Below the pieces are notes generated by a model. That model made no database searches, had not been told where the DNA came from, and worked only from the letters and a program-made list of their open reading frames with translations. A stretch of 64,000 nucleotides of DNA. Origin: Euryarchaeota archaeon TMED117 (GTDB taxonomy: Archaea > Thermoplasmatota > Poseidoniia > Poseidoniales > Poseidoniaceae). Shown in pieces: positions 63,594 through 64,000 of the stretch. How positions within the stretch are numbered: position 1 is the first letter of the stretch; the number at the start of each line of letters is the position of its first letter. The position numbers and the translations under genes are program-made. The stretch is from contig NHFS02000013.1 in NCBI GenBank assembly GCA_002171315.2, forward strand, positions 1,062-65,061, in the 5' to 3' direction.

Positions 63594-64000
63594 ATGAACG
63601 AATGTGGGGTATGTGGAATCTTATACCTCGCTGGACCCTCGTGTCCTGCTTGTGGTTCCCAGTTACGTGCACAAGGTCAGTCATACTCTGACTCAGATGC
63701 AGCGATGCCAACAGAAGTCCCTGGACTCGACGATGCAGCACAAGCGTGGTATGATCTTGAGGGTATAGAAGCTCCAGAAGAAGTTGAAGAAGATTCAACT
63801 TCATCGTTGCCCTTTGGTTTTGGAGGTGAATCCCAAACACATCTGTCACGTTTACCATTCGGCATTGGAAGCCATCCAGAAGGTATTCCATTTGCAATTT
63901 CTGAAGAGGAATATCAAACCTCTCAAGGAGATTTCGATTCACAAGAAGTACCATCTCCTAGCACTATCTCAGAGGATGAAATTAAGGAGCCTGTAGCAGA
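63594..64000 (+). CDS. hypothetical acidic protein with N-terminal zinc ribbon (3' end cut by the window edge)
   Basis: This ORF is not in the supplied track because it lacks a stop within the window. My own translation from ATG 63594 is MNECGVCGILYLAGPSCPACGSQLRAQGQSYSDSDAAMPTEVPGLDDAAQAWYDLEGIEAPEEVEEDSTSS...ISEDEIKEPVA, which is open to nt 64000. CxxC-x10-CxxC is followed by an acidic low-complexity region. Confidence 0.5.
   Translation, partial: MNECGVCGILYLAGPSCPACGSQLRAQGQSYSDSDAAMPTEVPGLDDAAQAWYDLEGIEAPEEVEEDSTSSLPFGFGGESQTHLSRLPFGIGSHPEGIPFAISEEEYQTSQGDFDSQEVPSPSTISEDEIKEPVA

Noticed and set aside
63592-63954. Minus-strand 120-aa ORF (and 63677-63865) at the right edge
   Set aside because: The plus strand carries an ATG-initiated frame from 63594 that stays open to the window end. 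It encodes a plausible zinc ribbon plus acidic tail. The minus-strand translations are low-complexity and overlap it completely.
1-64000. Search for tRNA, rRNA, other structured ncRNA, CRISPR arrays, IS elements or prophage remnants
   Set aside because: Non-coding spacers are nearly all under 100 nt, and the 181-nt one is AT-rich without cloverleaf-like pairing. There are no arrays of direct repeats with spacers. No transposase, integrase or terminal inverted repeat was recognised by eye. A covariance-model scan (tRNAscan-SE or Infernal) would be needed to exclude small RNAs antisense to or within genes.

Overview
The window is almost entirely coding; the largest non-coding gap is 181 nt (7205-7385). 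I found no rRNA, tRNA, CRISPR array, transposase or integrase. The informational genes are archaeal: uS15, RNase P Rpp21, type II GAPDH, PheRS beta, an ArcS with its signature motif, archaeal/eukaryal-type GluRS, RNase HII, and pilins with class III signal peptides. A few genes look bacterial, namely a zinc-lid Adk and DnaJ. Together with many giant, acidic, sequon-rich surface proteins, this suggests a streamlined marine planktonic euryarchaeon such as Marine Group II / Poseidoniales. That taxonomic call is an inference and is not verified.

More than half of the window encodes very large predicted surface proteins:
- 2-5944
- 7386-11726
- 19018-24759
- 24809-30169
- 55643-60502
- medium-sized ones at 14720-16909, 36601-38823, 42600-44642 and 47574-50003

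These are interleaved with extracellular proteases (two S8 subtilases and one HExxH metalloprotease) and housekeeping genes.

The most interesting signals, in rough order:
1. A Trp-rich motif at the extreme C-terminus (GLP[ED]GWTxEQWNH[FY]G, with a PGWLWDQESNQW variant). It is shared by three otherwise unrelated giant surface proteins and sits after the membrane anchor and a Pro/Gln-rich linker.
2. A wHTH-STAND-TPR protein encoded 7 nt downstream of one of those giants.
3. A translationally coupled three-gene operon of class III signal peptide (type IV pilin-like) proteins, one of 729 aa, with no assembly ATPase in view.
4. A four-gene co-directional block: TSP3/propeller giant, anchored giant, small cytoplasmic protein, metalloprotease lipoprotein.
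5. A T7 tract at the TTG start of the TSP3 giant, with an out-of-frame ATG 28 nt upstream.
6. A pyroglutamyl-peptidase/Nudix fusion.
7. Spacing of 3 nt or less, or overlapping stop codons, at all six convergent gene junctions.

All functional calls rest on motif recognition by eye. No database search was run.
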